Positions 28,833 through 39,666 of a stretch of 64,000 nucleotides of DNA are shown piece by piece. The position numbers and the translations under genes were made by a program. Each line of letters starts with the position of its first letter. Position 1 is the first letter of the stretch. The stretch comes from Vulcanimicrobiota bacterium (GTDB lineage: Bacteria > Vulcanimicrobiota > Vulcanimicrobiia > Vulcanimicrobiales > Vulcanimicrobiaceae): assembly GCA_963695225.1 (NCBI GenBank), contig OY968762.1:1696001-1760000 (forward strand), read 5' to 3'. The notes under the pieces were generated by a model. It searched no databases. It was given only the letters and a program-made list of their open reading frames with translations, and had not been told where the DNA came from.

Positions 28833-29282
28833 TTGCGCGCGGTCGTCACCCGCGTCAACGGAGCCCGCGTCACGATCGAAGGCGAAGTCGCCGGAGAGAT
28901 CGGGCGCGGGCTCCTCGTCTTGCTCGGCGTCGCGCGCGACGACGGCCCGGACGACGCCCGCTACCTCGCGGCGAAGATCGCGGGTCTGCGCATCTTCAAG
29001 GACGCGGAGGGCGCCATGAACCTCGACCTCGGCGAAGCCGGGGGCGACATCCTCGTCGTCTCGCAATTCACGCTCTACGGGGACGCGCGCAAAGGGCGCC
29101 GGCCATCGTTCATCCACGCCGCCGGCGGTGAACTCGGCGAAACGCTCTACGAGCGCGTCGTCGCCGAGTTACGCGCGCTCGGGCACACGGTCGCCACCGG
29201 CCGCTTCGGCGCGACGATGGACGTCGCGTCGACGAATCACGGCCCCGTCACGATCCTCCTCGACAGCAAGCGCGGGTTTTGA
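28833..29282 (+). CDS. dtd: D-aminoacyl-tRNA deacylase
   Basis: SQFTL, KGRRPSF, GRFGA.M, NHGPVT; TTG start. Confidence 0.93.
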   Translation: MRAVVTRVNGARVTIEGEVAGEIGRGLLVLLGVARDDGPDDARYLAAKIAGLRIFKDAEGAMNLDLGEAGGDILVVSQFTLYGDARKGRRPSFIHAAGGELGETLYERVVAELRALGHTVATGRFGATMDVASTNHGPVTILLDSKRGF

Positions 29283-29299
29283 GTTTCCGAATCGCGGAT

Positions 29300-29542
29300 T
29301 CAATCGCGTGCGCCTGCCGTGCCATGCAAAGCGAGCAGCGCGGCGTGCGCTAGACTGTTCGCGCCGAGCTTTTCTTTCGCTACCGTGAGGTATTGGCCGA
29401 CCGTCCGCGGCGAGAGGCCGACGTGACTTGCGATCTGCTGCCGGCTGAGGCCCCGCGCATAATCTCGCAGGACGGCGATTTCGAGACCCGAGAGTTCGGC
29501 GCAACAGGCACGATGGTGCCGATCGAGACGCTTCATGCGCAT
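29300..29542 (-). CDS. LuxR-type HTH-only regulator
   Basis: LSGLEIAVL..ARGLSRQQIA..GLSPRTV..Y....KEKLG. Confidence 0.75.
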   Translation of the reverse strand: MRMKRLDRHHRACCAELSGLEIAVLRDYARGLSRQQIASHVGLSPRTVGQYLTVAKEKLGANSLAHAALLALHGTAGARD

Positions 29543-29761
29543 GGATCCTCGCCGTTTAGGGCTTCGGTGAATGCTGCGTGCCCGAACATCGTAACCGACC
29601 GGCGTCCTGCCGGCGTCCGACGCAGGTCACGGCGATCGTGCGCGTTTGCGTTCCCTTGTCAAGGCCAGCATGGCGTCAACCCTCCGCCTGCCCTCTGTTA
29701 AGGTCGGGGTCCGCAGCCGGGCGCCGGGATATCGGTGTGCCGGCTCGATCTGGAGGTGTCT

Positions 29762-30760
29762 ATGCCCGCAGTCAAGATCGACGAAGTCCAGAAGGCCATT
29801 TCGGCCACGAAGGCCGATTGGGTCGCGGAGGAAACCGCATTTCTCGACTCGCTCCGTAGCGACGACGACAAGAGCAGCCGCCTCGGCGTGATCGTCGACA
29901 AGGCGGCGCTCGAGAGGATCAAGGCGGCGCCGAAGCCCGACATTGCGAAGGCGATTGCCGAATTCGAGAGGCGAACCAACCAGCGTATCAGCATCCGCGG
30001 CACGCAAGACGCCGCGACCGGAGCCCTGACGCCGGCACCCGGCGGAGAGAAGGTCGAAACGATGAGCCGCGAGCTCCTCGCGAGGCCGTATCCGTTCCCG
30101 ATCCCCCCGTGGCTCCTCGCCGTCGATTGGCGGAATCGCAAGGGCCGCAACAACGTCACTCCCGTCAAGGATCAGGGCGATTGCGGCTCCTGCGTCGCGT
30201 TCGGAACGACGGGCGCGCTCGAATCCATGGTGTTGGTCGAGCACAACGTGACCTTCGATCTCTCCGAAGCGGAACTCCTCAATTGCGGAGGCGGGAGTTG
30301 TTCGGGCTGGTGGCCCGATGCCGCCATCTCGTATCTCGGGAGCAAGGGCATCGCGCAGGAGAGCAACTTCCCGTATCAGCCGCATAACATGCCCTGCAGC
30401 CCGGGGCCCGAGCGCGACGGTGAAGCGATTCAAATCAGCTCGCACATCACGCTCAGCGACGTGACGCAGCGCAAGCAGTACATGACCAACATCGGTCCGA
30501 TGATCGCGGTCTTCGACGTCTACGACGACTTCTTCTCGTACTCGGCCGGCGTCTACCGGCACGTCTACGGCGGTCTCGCCGGAAGCCATTGCGTCGAAGT
30601 CATCGGCTACAGCAACCTGGGCCGTTACTGGATCTGCAAGAACAGCTGGGGCACGGGCTTCGGCGAATCCGGGTTCTTCTGCATCGCGTTCGGCGAGTGC
30701 GGGATCGACTCGACCTACCCGTTCTGGGGCGTCTCGGGAACGAAGTGGTACAATACGTAA
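29762..30760 (+). CDS. Papain-family (C1) cysteine protease
   Basis: VDWR, VKDQGDCGSCVAF (Gln and catalytic Cys), HCVEVIGY (His), KNSWG (Asn); GGAGGT RBS. Confidence 0.92.
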   Translation: MPAVKIDEVQKAISATKADWVAEETAFLDSLRSDDDKSSRLGVIVDKAALERIKAAPKPDIAKAIAEFERRTNQRISIRGTQDAATGALTPAPGGEKVETMSRELLARPYPFPIPPWLLAVDWRNRKGRNNVTPVKDQGDCGSCVAFGTTGALESMVLVEHNVTFDLSEAELLNCGGGSCSGWWPDAAISYLGSKGIAQESNFPYQPHNMPCSPGPERDGEAIQISSHITLSDVTQRKQYMTNIGPMIAVFDVYDDFFSYSAGVYRHVYGGLAGSHCVEVIGYSNLGRYWICKNSWGTGFGESGFFCIAFGECGIDSTYPFWGVSGTKWYNT

Positions 30761-31060
30761 GTGCCCGCTGAAGAAGAGCGACGCGTCGGCGTCGGACAGG
30801 CGTTCCACGTGCGGCTGGAGGGGACACCAACCGCAGGCTACACGTGGAACGCCGAACCTCCGAGCAGCGACGCCGTCGAGTTCCTAAAGCGCGACTTCGT
30901 CCCGCCCGGCTCGGGCACCGTCGGCGGCGCGGCCGCCAACGTGTTCCTCTATGCGGCGCGCCACGCGGGGACAGCCGAACTGCATTTCGTCTACCGCCGC
31001 CCGTGGGAATCCGACCGCCCGCCGCAACGCGAACATCACGTCCTCGTGCACGTCGAGTAG
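30761..31060 (+). CDS. Chagasin-family (I42) cysteine protease inhibitor
   Basis: TPTAGYTW, TVGG and YRRPWE loop motifs; GTG immediately after protease stop. Confidence 0.85.
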   Translation: MPAEEERRVGVGQAFHVRLEGTPTAGYTWNAEPPSSDAVEFLKRDFVPPGSGTVGGAAANVFLYAARHAGTAELHFVYRRPWESDRPPQREHHVLVHVE

Positions 31061-31116
31061 GTGAATCGGCGATTCCACGGCGAGCGCACCCTTCGACGAG
31101 CCGCTTCCATGTGGGA

Positions 31117-33744
31117 TTACGCTACGGTTTCCGGGATTCGGCTGGTTTCTGCAGCGAACGTCAGCTCGCCGCGTAGGGCGTCGTAGTCGACGAGGGCGCT
31201 GTCGCCTTCTTTGAGTTCGCCGCCGAGGATGCGGCGGCCGAGCGGGGTTTCGAGTTCGCGCTGGATCGCGCGTTTGAGCGGGCGCGCGCCGTAGACCGGA
31301 TCGTAACCGGTCTTCACGAGGTGCGTGCGCGCCGCCGGCGACAAGTCGAGCGTGATCCGCCGCTCGGCTAGGCGCACGCGGAGGCGTTCGAGTTGCAGTT
31401 CGAGGATGCGATCGAGCTGCTCTTCGCCGAGCGCGGTGAAGACGACGATCTCGTCGACGCGGTTGAGGAACTCCGGCCGGAAACTCCGGCGCAGTTCGTC
31501 GAGGACGGTCGCGCGCATGACGGCGTAGTCTGCCCCCGCGCCGTTCCCCGAGGCCGTCGCATCGAGGATGCGGTGCGAGCCGATGTTCGAGGTCATGATC
31601 AAAATCGTATTCTTGAAATCGACCGTGCGGCCCTGACCGTCGGTCAGGCGGCCGTCGTCGAGGATCTGCAGGAACACGTTGAAGACTTCGGGCGCAGCCT
31701 TCTCGATCTCGTCGAACAGCACGACCGAGAACGGACGGCGGCGCACGGCCTCCGTCAGTTGGCCGCCCTCTTCGAAGCCCACGTAACCGGGCGGCGCGCC
31801 GATCAGGCGCGAAACCGAGTGCTTCTCCATGTACTCCGACATGTCGATGCGCACCATCGCACGCTCGTCGTCGAACAGGTAGCTAGCGAGCGCGCGCGCG
31901 AGTTCGGTCTTGCCGACGCCCGTCGGTCCGAGGAAGATGAACGAGCCGATCGGCCGGTTCGGATCGGAGAGCCCCGAACGAGAACGGATCACGGCCTCGG
32001 CGACCGCGTCGACCGCTTCGTCCTGCCCGATGACGCGCTTGTGCAACTCCTCGTCGAGCTTGAGCAGCTTGCGCATCTCACCTTCGAGCAGCTTCGAGAC
32101 GGGGATCCCCGTCCAACGGCTCACGACATCGGCGATGTCCTCTTCGTCGACTTCTTCTTTCAGCAGGCGGCTGTCGCCGCTCGCGATTGCGGCGTCCTGC
32201 GTCTTAAGCTGCTTCTCGAGTTCGGTCAACTTCCCATACCGCAACGCCGCGGCGCGATTGAGATCGTATTGGCGCTCCGCCTGTTCGATTTCGGTCTTCG
32301 TCTGCTCGATCTGGGTGCGGAGCGCGCGCGTCTTCGCGACCGCTTCCTTCTCCATCTGCCAGCGCGCCTTGAGCCCATCGGACTCGGCGCGCAGTTCGGC
32401 CAGCTCTTTCTCGATCCGCGCAAGCCGCGTCTTAGAGCCTTCGTCGGTCTCCTTGCGGAGCGCTTCGCGTTCGATCTCGAGCTGCATGATGCGGCGCTGC
32501 GCTTCGTCGAGCTCTTGCGGCATCGAATCGATCTCGGTACGCAGCTTCGCCGCGGACTCGTCGACCAAGTCGATCGCCTTGTCCGGCAAGAAGCGATCCG
32601 CGATGTAGCGGTTCGAGAGCGTCGCCGCGGCGACGAGCGCCGAATCCTTGATGCGCACGCCGTGATGCACTTCGTAGCGCTCGCGCAGGCCGCGCAGGAT
32701 CGAGATCGTATCCTCGACGCTCGGCTGGTCGACGAAGACCGGCTGGAAGCGCCGTTCGAGCGCCGCATCCTTCTCGATGTACTTGCGGTATTCGTCGAGC
32801 GTGGTCGCGCCGATCATGTGCAGTTCGCCGCGCGAGAGCATCGGCTTGAGCAGATTCCCCGCGTCCATCGAACCTTCGGTCTTCCCCGCGCCGACGACGG
32901 TGTGCAGCTCGTCGACGAAGAGCAGCACGCGCCCCTCGGAACTCTGCACTTCCTTGAGAACGGCCTTGAGGCGCTCTTCGAATTCGCCGCGATACTTCGC
33001 GCCCGCGATCAGCGCGCCCATGTCGAGCGTGACGACGCGCTTGTCCTTGAGCCCCTCGGGGACATCGCCGCGCACGATGCGCTGCGCGAGCCCTTCGACG
33101 ATCGCCGTCTTCCCGACGCCGGGCTCGCCGATGAGCACCGGGTTGTTCTTCGTGCGGCGCGAGAGCACTTGGATTACGCGGCGGATCTCATCGTCGCGAC
33201 CGATGACGGGGTCGAGTTTCCCCGCTTCGGCATCTTTGTTGAGATCGCGGCCGTAGCGCTCGAGCGTCTGATAGGTTCCTTCCGGGTTTTGCGAGGTGAC
33301 ACGCTGGTTGCCGCGCACGTCCCGTAGCGCGACCAGCAGCTTATCGCGGTTGACGTTGAACTCGCCGAAAAGCCGCGCGAGATCCTTATCTTGCGCGAGC
33401 GCAAGCAAGAGGTGCTCGACGGAGACATAGTCGTCTTGGAGCGCCTTCGCCTCCGCGTCGGCCGCGCCGAGCGTGCGCGCGAGCGCGGGCGAAAGGCTCG
33501 GACTCTGCTCGGCGGTGCCGCCCAGGCGCGGGAGCCGGCCGATCGCCTCGTCGACGCGCTTGACGAACGGCTTGACGTCGACGCCCGCTTTCGCGAGCAA
33601 CGACGACGTCAGGCCGTCCTTCTGGTCCAGGAGGGCGGCGAGCAGATGCTCGTTCGAGGTCTGGGGGTTACGTTCGGAAAGCGCCCGCTGAAAGGCCGAA
33701 TTCAGGGCCTCTTGGACGCGGTCGGTCATGCGATCGGCGTTCAT
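31117..33744 (-). CDS. clpB: ATP-dependent chaperone ClpB
   Basis: Clp-N domain, GEPGVGKT, long middle coiled coil, [15 protein letters not shown]; start probably ATG 33744. Confidence 0.96.
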   Translation of the reverse strand: MNADRMTDRVQEALNSAFQRALSERNPQTSNEHLLAALLDQKDGLTSSLLAKAGVDVKPFVKRVDEAIGRLPRLGGTAEQSPSLSPALARTLGAADAEAKALQDDYVSVEHLLLALAQDKDLARLFGEFNVNRDKLLVALRDVRGNQRVTSQNPEGTYQTLERYGRDLNKDAEAGKLDPVIGRDDEIRRVIQVLSRRTKNNPVLIGEPGVGKTAIVEGLAQRIVRGDVPEGLKDKRVVTLDMGALIAGAKYRGEFEERLKAVLKEVQSSEGRVLLFVDELHTVVGAGKTEGSMDAGNLLKPMLSRGELHMIGATTLDEYRKYIEKDAALERRFQPVFVDQPSVEDTISILRGLRERYEVHHGVRIKDSALVAAATLSNRYIADRFLPDKAIDLVDESAAKLRTEIDSMPQELDEAQRRIMQLEIEREALRKETDEGSKTRLARIEKELAELRAESDGLKARWQMEKEAVAKTRALRTQIEQTKTEIEQAERQYDLNRAAALRYGKLTELEKQLKTQDAAIASGDSRLLKEEVDEEDIADVVSRWTGIPVSKLLEGEMRKLLKLDEELHKRVIGQDEAVDAVAEAVIRSRSGLSDPNRPIGSFIFLGPTGVGKTELARALASYLFDDERAMVRIDMSEYMEKHSVSRLIGAPPGYVGFEEGGQLTEAVRRRPFSVVLFDEIEKAAPEVFNVFLQILDDGRLTDGQGRTVDFKNTILIMTSNIGSHRILDATASGNGAGADYAVMRATVLDELRRSFRPEFLNRVDEIVVFTALGEEQLDRILELQLERLRVRLAERRITLDLSPAARTHLVKTGYDPVYGARPLKRAIQRELETPLGRRILGGELKEGDSALVDYDALRGELTFAAETSRIPETVA

Positions 33745-33841
33745 ATGCACCCAATACAACCCGCCGCCGGGCGGGATTGTTGCAGGGACGACCTTTGCTC
33801 CGAGCGGCGGCATCCTCCCTCGGCCGTCGAATGCCTTCCGC

Positions 33842-35017
33842 ATGGCTCCCGATTCGCCGTCGGCGCCGCTCGCCGCACCGGCCCACCCGGACTTAGAGAC
33901 GCGTTCCGATGCCGGCTCGCCCCCCGCGATCGCGGCGGGTGCGTTCCATGCATACTTCGTCTACGACCTCGCCGATACGATCGACCTCGGCGCCGTCGAG
34001 CGCATCGTCCGCGCGGCGCGGGAGGACGTGGCGCGCGCGCCGCTGCAACTGCGGCGCGAAGCCTCCGCCGGCTTCATCGAGTTCCCGGCGCCGCCGCTCG
34101 CGCTGCGTCTGCCGAGTGCCGCGAGCGCGTGGGGGAGCGTCGTCGTCCGGGCCAAGATCTTCGATTACGGCGTCACCTCGATCCGCTTGACGCTTGGGTT
34201 TGCGGGGAGCTGGGGAGAATTCGCCGCGTTCACGCGGCGGCTGCGAACGGACGCGGAGCTGCCGCTCATCGCCGGCAAGGCGTTCGAGGCGCTGCGTTCG
34301 GAGATCGAATCCGCGCTGGACGATCCGCATCCGCCGCTCGTCGAAGATTATTTCGTCTTCGAAGTTCAGGCGTTTTCGCGCCCCGTCCGCGCGAGCGAGT
34401 TGCTCAACGACTACGCTTCGGAGCTAGCGAGCCTCGTCTCGTGCGAAGAGCGCCGTTTGATGCCGCTCGAACGCGCGGAAGCGCTGCGCGCGAACTTCGC
34501 GTACTACGAGGACGATCTCGCGATCGTGCAATGGGACACGGCGTTCGTCTACGATCGGGCGGAAGGCGCGGCGGCCGCCGAAGACATCCTGGAATTCGCG
34601 AACACGCAACTGGCCGAACTGCGCACGTACGACGCGCTGCTCGACGCGGAGCTCGACGCGATTTACAAGCTCGACCCCAAGAACGTCGACCGGCGCTCCG
34701 GACGGACCGGCCCGCAGCGATCGGCCGAGCGGCTGCGCTATCTGATCGTGGACATCCTCGAGTTGACCGACCGCTCGACGAACGCGCTCAAGATCATCGG
34801 CGACGCCTATTACGCGCGCCTCTATCGCGGCGCCGCCGGGCGCCTGGGCCTGCGGGATTGGCAGCAGCAGATCGAGACGAAGCTGCAGAGCGTGCGGGAC
34901 CTCTACCAATTCTTCCACGACGAAGCGCAGAACCGGCGCGCCGAGTTCATGGAGTTCATCATCATCGCGCTGATCCTCTTGGAAGTGGTGATCGGAGTGC
35001 TCGCGCTGCGGCACTAA
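33842..35017 (+). CDS. Hypothetical protein, RMD1/DUF155-like with C-terminal TM helix
   Basis: [34 protein letters not shown]-terminus. Confidence 0.6.
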   Translation: MAPDSPSAPLAAPAHPDLETRSDAGSPPAIAAGAFHAYFVYDLADTIDLGAVERIVRAAREDVARAPLQLRREASAGFIEFPAPPLALRLPSAASAWGSVVVRAKIFDYGVTSIRLTLGFAGSWGEFAAFTRRLRTDAELPLIAGKAFEALRSEIESALDDPHPPLVEDYFVFEVQAFSRPVRASELLNDYASELASLVSCEERRLMPLERAEALRANFAYYEDDLAIVQWDTAFVYDRAEGAAAAEDILEFANTQLAELRTYDALLDAELDAIYKLDPKNVDRRSGRTGPQRSAERLRYLIVDILELTDRSTNALKIIGDAYYARLYRGAAGRLGLRDWQQQIETKLQSVRDLYQFFHDEAQNRRAEFMEFIIIALILLEVVIGVLALRH

Positions 35018-35595
35018 CGCAAGAAGCGCTCGTCACCGCGGCGTTCGGTCAAGCCTGCCGCGTCGAACCACTCGAGCAGCGGGACGGCGTACTTGCGCGT
35101 CGTCCCGATGGCGGTCCGAAATTGCGCGACCGTCAGCCCCGTGCGCGGGCGGAGTTCGGCCTCGAGCCTCGAGCGAATCGCCTCGAGTTGCGCGCCGCGG
35201 TAGAGGTCCGCGGCGACGGGGACGACGGCTCCCGAGGCGACGAGCGTGTCGAGCGCGAGCTCGAGCCCGCCGATCCGCGCCGCGCGCATCGCCGCGACGA
35301 GCGCGCGGCGCTCGACGGGGCGGCACGGCTGCTCGGGGTCCGGGGCGAACGCCTCGTCGAAAAACGCGCGCTGTTCCGCGCTCAGTTCGGGGACGAACGA
35401 GGGCGTGGCATAGTACCCGGCTCTCAACGCGAGCGAGCCGCGCTCCACCGCGCCGGCCAGCGCCCGGACGAGCGCCGCCTCATCGGTCCCGAGTGCGCGC
35501 GCGAGGCCGAGCGAGGTCATGCCGAACGCCCAGGGTCTCGCGCGCTCGTTTCCGAGGAGCGTCGCGAGCGCGCGCGCGACGACCTCGTCGCTCAC
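35014..35595 (-). CDS. Stand-alone SelB C-terminal winged-helix domain protein
   Basis: TVAQFRTAIGTTRKYAVPLLEWFDAAGLTERRGDER matches the last SelB winged helix; no GTPase domain. Confidence 0.7.
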   Translation of the reverse strand: MSDEVVARALATLLGNERARPWAFGMTSLGLARALGTDEAALVRALAGAVERGSLALRAGYYATPSFVPELSAEQRAFFDEAFAPDPEQPCRPVERRALVAAMRAARIGGLELALDTLVASGAVVPVAADLYRGAQLEAIRSRLEAELRPRTGLTVAQFRTAIGTTRKYAVPLLEWFDAAGLTERRGDERFLR

Positions 35596-35602
35596 CGGGC
35601 GC

Positions 35603-35935
35603 TCAAGCAGCGGCGAGGTGCTTGGCGAGCATCGCGTTGATGTGCGCTTCGGGCACGAATCCCACGATGCGATCGACGGCCTGCCCGCCCTTGAAAAGGA
35701 TCAGGCAAGGGATGCCGGAGACGTGGTATGCGCCCGCAATCCCCGAGTTGTCGTCGGTGTTCAACTTCACGAACTTCACGCGGCCGGCGTACGCCGACGC
35801 GACCTTCTCGACGACCGGCGAGAGCATCTTGCACGGCCCGCACCACGGCGCCCAGAAATCGACGAGGACGGGTTGGTCGCTGGAAAGCACTTCCGCTTGG
35901 AAGGTCGCCTGCGAGACGTCGGGGAGTGCGCTCAT
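35603..35935 (-). CDS. trxA: Thioredoxin
   Basis: VLVDFWAPWCGPCK, IP, FKGG. Confidence 0.95.
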   Translation of the reverse strand: MSALPDVSQATFQAEVLSSDQPVLVDFWAPWCGPCKMLSPVVEKVASAYAGRVKFVKLNTDDNSGIAGAYHVSGIPCLILFKGGQAVDRIVGFVPEAHINAMLAKHLAAA

Positions 35936-36002
35936 TTCTTGTGTTTCCTCCGGTCGTTAGGACAGCGAGCGAACGGGCTCGGTTGCGCCCTTCCTGCCTG
36001 GG

Positions 36003-36845
36003 TCAGCCCGGCTGGGGCGTTGCGGCGGGTGCGAGGAGTTCCGCCGGATTCGTCGCCGGTTCGTACCCCTCGGGAGGCTGGAAATCCGACTCCGGCGGCG
36101 AGGAGTTCCGGACGTCCGTCATGTGCAACCGTATCTCCAACGGGGGTTTTCCGGGGCGCGAACTCCCCATTCTCGCCCGGACCGCGAGCGGGAACCCGTC
36201 GTACTCGTCCGCGAGGTTCGCGTGCACCGCGATCTTCATCGGGGCGGGCGGCGTCCGCGCCCCGGTGGAATGCTGCGCGGTCGCGGGAGGCGTGGGAACC
36301 GTCTGGAAGATCGCGATGTCGAGCGCGGTCGTCTTGTGCCCGTCGACGAGTTCGTTCCCGGCGACGTTCATCGTCATCGTGACGGACTTGAGCGCCTTGA
36401 GCATCGCGAGCCAACCTCCGCTCCGGCGCGCGCCCGGGCTCGCGGTCGCGTCCGGCAGGGGCGCACCCGCACCGGCCGCCGTCTCCTTGATCTTCTCGAG
36501 CGGGCTGCGGAAGTAGTGCTTGGACTGCGGGGACCAGACCGTCAGCTCGCGAGTCCCCTGGTCGACCACGATGACGACGTTCGCCGGGATCGGGGCCGGC
36601 ATTCCGTGCTTGGGATCCGACGCGTCGACGAGCGAGACCGAGCGCAGTTCGAAACGCGCGAGCTTATCACGCGCGGCGACGCCGAAGTCGGCGACGACGC
36701 GTTTGTTCGCGTCGAACCGCGCCTCGAGCGTCCCGGAAGCGCCATAGCCCTGCGAGCCGCCCGAGCCCATCAAGCCCGTGGCGCAGCCGCCCAGCGCGAG
36801 CGCCGCACCGAGCGCCGCGAGCGGGGCGAGCATGCGCCGCATCAT
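36003..36845 (-). CDS. Hypothetical lipoprotein
   Basis: Lipobox LGGC; C-terminal FQPPEGY; start overlaps gyrA stop. Confidence 0.65.
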   Translation of the reverse strand: MMRRMLAPLAALGAALALGGCATGLMGSGGSQGYGASGTLEARFDANKRVVADFGVAARDKLARFELRSVSLVDASDPKHGMPAPIPANVVIVVDQGTRELTVWSPQSKHYFRSPLEKIKETAAGAGAPLPDATASPGARRSGGWLAMLKALKSVTMTMNVAGNELVDGHKTTALDIAIFQTVPTPPATAQHSTGARTPPAPMKIAVHANLADEYDGFPLAVRARMGSSRPGKPPLEIRLHMTDVRNSSPPESDFQPPEGYEPATNPAELLAPAATPQPG

Positions 36846-39370
36846 GCGCCGCCGTTCGACGTCGCGCCGTTCGGGAGTTCGCCCGTGATGTCGGCGATCG
36901 TCCTGGATTGCTGCCCGAGGTTCGTGATCGCGATGACTTCGTCGCCGGGAGCGAGCAATTGCAGCCGAACGCCCTTCGTTGAGCGGCCGGCCTTGCGGAT
37001 TCCGGAGACGGCGATGCGGATCACCTGATTTGCCGACGTGATGATGAGCACTTCGTCGTCCGCGCGCACGAGGATCTGATCGACGACGGTGCCGATGTCC
37101 TTCTCCTTCGCGAACGCCTTGACGCCCTTGCCGCCACGCGAGATGTGACGGTAATCCTCGATCGGCGTCCGTTTTCCGAAGGCCTGCGTCGTCACGAGCA
37201 ACACTTCGCGCCGGTCGTCTTCCACGACGTCCATCGCCATCACCGAGTCTCCGGGCGCGAGCGTGATCGCGCGGACGCCGCGCGCGCTGCGGCCCATCGG
37301 GCGCACGTCGGTCTCGTTGAAGTGAACGGCCATCCCCTCGCGCGTCGCGAGGATGATGTCGCGCGTCCCGTCCGAGAGGTCGACCGCTAGTAACTCGTCG
37401 TCGTCGTCGAGATTGACGGCGTTGAGCCCGTTGCGGCGCACGTTCGCGAACTCCGCCAGCGCCGTCTTCTTGATGACGCCGCGCCGAGTGACCATCACGA
37501 GATAGCGGTTATCCCCTTCGAAGCTCGTGACGGGGAAGACCGCGGTCACGCTCTCGCCCGGCGGGAGCGTGAGCAGGTTGACGAGCGCCGTCCCGCGCGA
37601 TTGACGCGTCGAGTCCGGGATCTCGTAGCCGCGCAGCCGGTACGCCCGGCCTTTGTTCGTGAAGAACAGGATGTGCTGGTGCGTCGAGCACATGAAGAAG
37701 TTCTGCACGACGTCTTCGCGCTTCGTCGCGATGCCGAGCACGCCGCGGCCGCCGCGGCTTTGCGCGCGGAACGTATCGATCGAGACGCGCTTGATGTAGC
37801 CGCCGACCGTCGAGGTGACGACGACCGGAATATCCGCGATGAAGTCTTCCGCGTTGAACTCGTCTTCGGCGGGGAGGACTTGCGTGCGGCGCGGATCGCC
37901 GAAGCGCTTGCGCAGGTCGAGGACTTCCAGCTTGACGATGCCGGCGACGCGCCGGTCGCTGGCAAGGATGTCCTCGAGCTCGGCGATCGTCTTGAGCAGT
38001 TCCGTGTACTCGTCCTCGATCTTCTTGCGCTCGAGGCCGGTCAGCGTCCGCAGGCGCATGTCGAGGATCGCGTTCGCTTGCAAGAGCGAGAGCGCGAATC
38101 GCTCGATCAGCCGTTCCCGCGCTCGTTCCGTAGTATCGCTCTCGCGGATGATCGCGATCACTTCGTCGATGTGGTCGAGCGCGATCCGGAAGCCTTCGAG
38201 GATGTGCGCCCGTTCGCGCGCTTTCGTCAGCTCGTAGGTCGTCCGGCGGCGGATCACGACCTTGCGGTGCGCGATGTAATGCTCGAGGAACGATTTGAGC
38301 GAGAGAACCTGGGGCTCGAGCGGCGCCGACGCGCCGGCGGGGCGTCCGTCGGAGAGGCCGGTCGCCGGGACGAGCGCGAGCATATTGAAGCCGAAGCTCG
38401 TCTGGAGCGGCGTGTGTTTGTAGAGCTGGTTGAGAACGACGTTCGGCGTCGCGTTACGCTGCAGTTCGACGACCACCCGCAGGCCCTTGCGCGAGGATTC
38501 GTCGTCCAGGCGCGCGATGCCGACGATGCGCTTCTCCGAGTGCGCGTCGGCGATCGCCTCGACGATGCGCGATTTCGTCACCTGGAAGGGCACTTCCGTG
38601 ATGATGATCTTGTGCTTGCCCTTCTCTTCGACGATCTCTGCCTTCCCGCGGACTGCGACCGTCCCGCGGCCGGTCTTGTACGCCGTGCGGATCGCCTCTT
38701 TGCCGAGGATGATGCCGGCGGTCGGGAAGTCGGGGCCTTGGACGACGTCGCAGATCGCATCGTCGTCGGCCGCCGGATCGTCGATGAGGAGCGCGATCGC
38801 GTCGCAGATCTCGACGACGTTGTGCGGGGGGATGTTCGTCGCCATGCCGACCGCGATGCCGCTCGAGCCGTTCACGAGCAACTGCGGGAGGCGTGCCGGA
38901 AGGACGAGCGGCTCGGTCGTCTGGTTGTCGAAATTGGGAACGAAATCGACCGTCTCTTTATCGATGTCGGCAAGCATCTCGAGCGCGATGCGGGCGAGCC
39001 GCGCTTCGGTATACCGGTAGGCGGCCGGCGGATCGCCGTCGATCGAGCCGAAATTCCCGTGCCCGTCGACCAAGGGGTAGCGCAGCGTGAAGTCTTGCGC
39101 CAGCCGGACGAGCGCGTCGTAGACCGACTGGTCGCCGTGCGGATGGAAGCTCTTGAGAACCTCGCCGATGACCCCGGCGCACTTGCGATGCTGCTTGCCG
39201 GGGTCCATCCCCATCTCGCGCATCGCATAGAGGATGCGGCGCTGGACGGGTTTGAGACCGTCGCGGACGTCCGGGAGGGCCCGCGAAGCGATGACGGACA
39301 TCGCGTACGAGAGGTAGGACTCCCGCATCTCGTCTTCGACGTTGACTTGTGCGATACGTTCGTTATTCAA
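36842..39370 (-). CDS. gyrA: DNA gyrase subunit A
   Basis: RALPDVRDGLKPVQRR, HPHGD, AAYRYTE, GyrA-box QSRGGRG, beta-pinwheel repeats. Confidence 0.93.
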   Translation of the reverse strand: MNNERIAQVNVEDEMRESYLSYAMSVIASRALPDVRDGLKPVQRRILYAMREMGMDPGKQHRKCAGVIGEVLKSFHPHGDQSVYDALVRLAQDFTLRYPLVDGHGNFGSIDGDPPAAYRYTEARLARIALEMLADIDKETVDFVPNFDNQTTEPLVLPARLPQLLVNGSSGIAVGMATNIPPHNVVEICDAIALLIDDPAADDDAICDVVQGPDFPTAGIILGKEAIRTAYKTGRGTVAVRGKAEIVEEKGKHKIIITEVPFQVTKSRIVEAIADAHSEKRIVGIARLDDESSRKGLRVVVELQRNATPNVVLNQLYKHTPLQTSFGFNMLALVPATGLSDGRPAGASAPLEPQVLSLKSFLEHYIAHRKVVIRRRTTYELTKARERAHILEGFRIALDHIDEVIAIIRESDTTERARERLIERFALSLLQANAILDMRLRTLTGLERKKIEDEYTELLKTIAELEDILASDRRVAGIVKLEVLDLRKRFGDPRRTQVLPAEDEFNAEDFIADIPVVVTSTVGGYIKRVSIDTFRAQSRGGRGVLGIATKREDVVQNFFMCSTHQHILFFTNKGRAYRLRGYEIPDSTRQSRGTALVNLLTLPPGESVTAVFPVTSFEGDNRYLVMVTRRGVIKKTALAEFANVRRNGLNAVNLDDDDELLAVDLSDGTRDIILATREGMAVHFNETDVRPMGRSARGVRAITLAPGDSVMAMDVVEDDRREVLLVTTQAFGKRTPIEDYRHISRGGKGVKAFAKEKDIGTVVDQILVRADDEVLIITSANQVIRIAVSGIRKAGRSTKGVRLQLLAPGDEVIAITNLGQQSRTIADITGELPNGATSNGGA

Positions 39371-39393
39371 GATTCTTCCATACGCCTAACTGC

Positions 39394-39627
39394 TCAGCGC
39401 GAGCCTGCCCGCGGTTTGACGACGGCGCCGACGAGGAATCCCACGCCGCCGCCGACGATAGCCCCGATGATCGCGATGATCCCGAGCTTGCTCCCCATGC
39501 TTCCACCCGCCGACCCGAGCGAGAGAAAGCGCTGTGTCACGAAAACAAACTCAAACAACGCCGCGACAACGGCCACGACAACGCCCGTGATCACGCCGAC
39601 CAAGACGTCATTGGCTCGCCACATCAT
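39394..39627 (-). CDS. Small membrane hypothetical protein
   Basis: Two Gly-rich TM helices; fills the gap upstream of gyrA. Confidence 0.55.
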   Translation of the reverse strand: MMWRANDVLVGVITGVVVAVVAALFEFVFVTQRFLSLGSAGGSMGSKLGIIAIIGAIVGGGVGFLVGAVVKPRAGSR

Positions 39628-39666
39628 TTCGGTCTCTTTCGCGTTCGCGCGGGCGGTATCTTCCAG

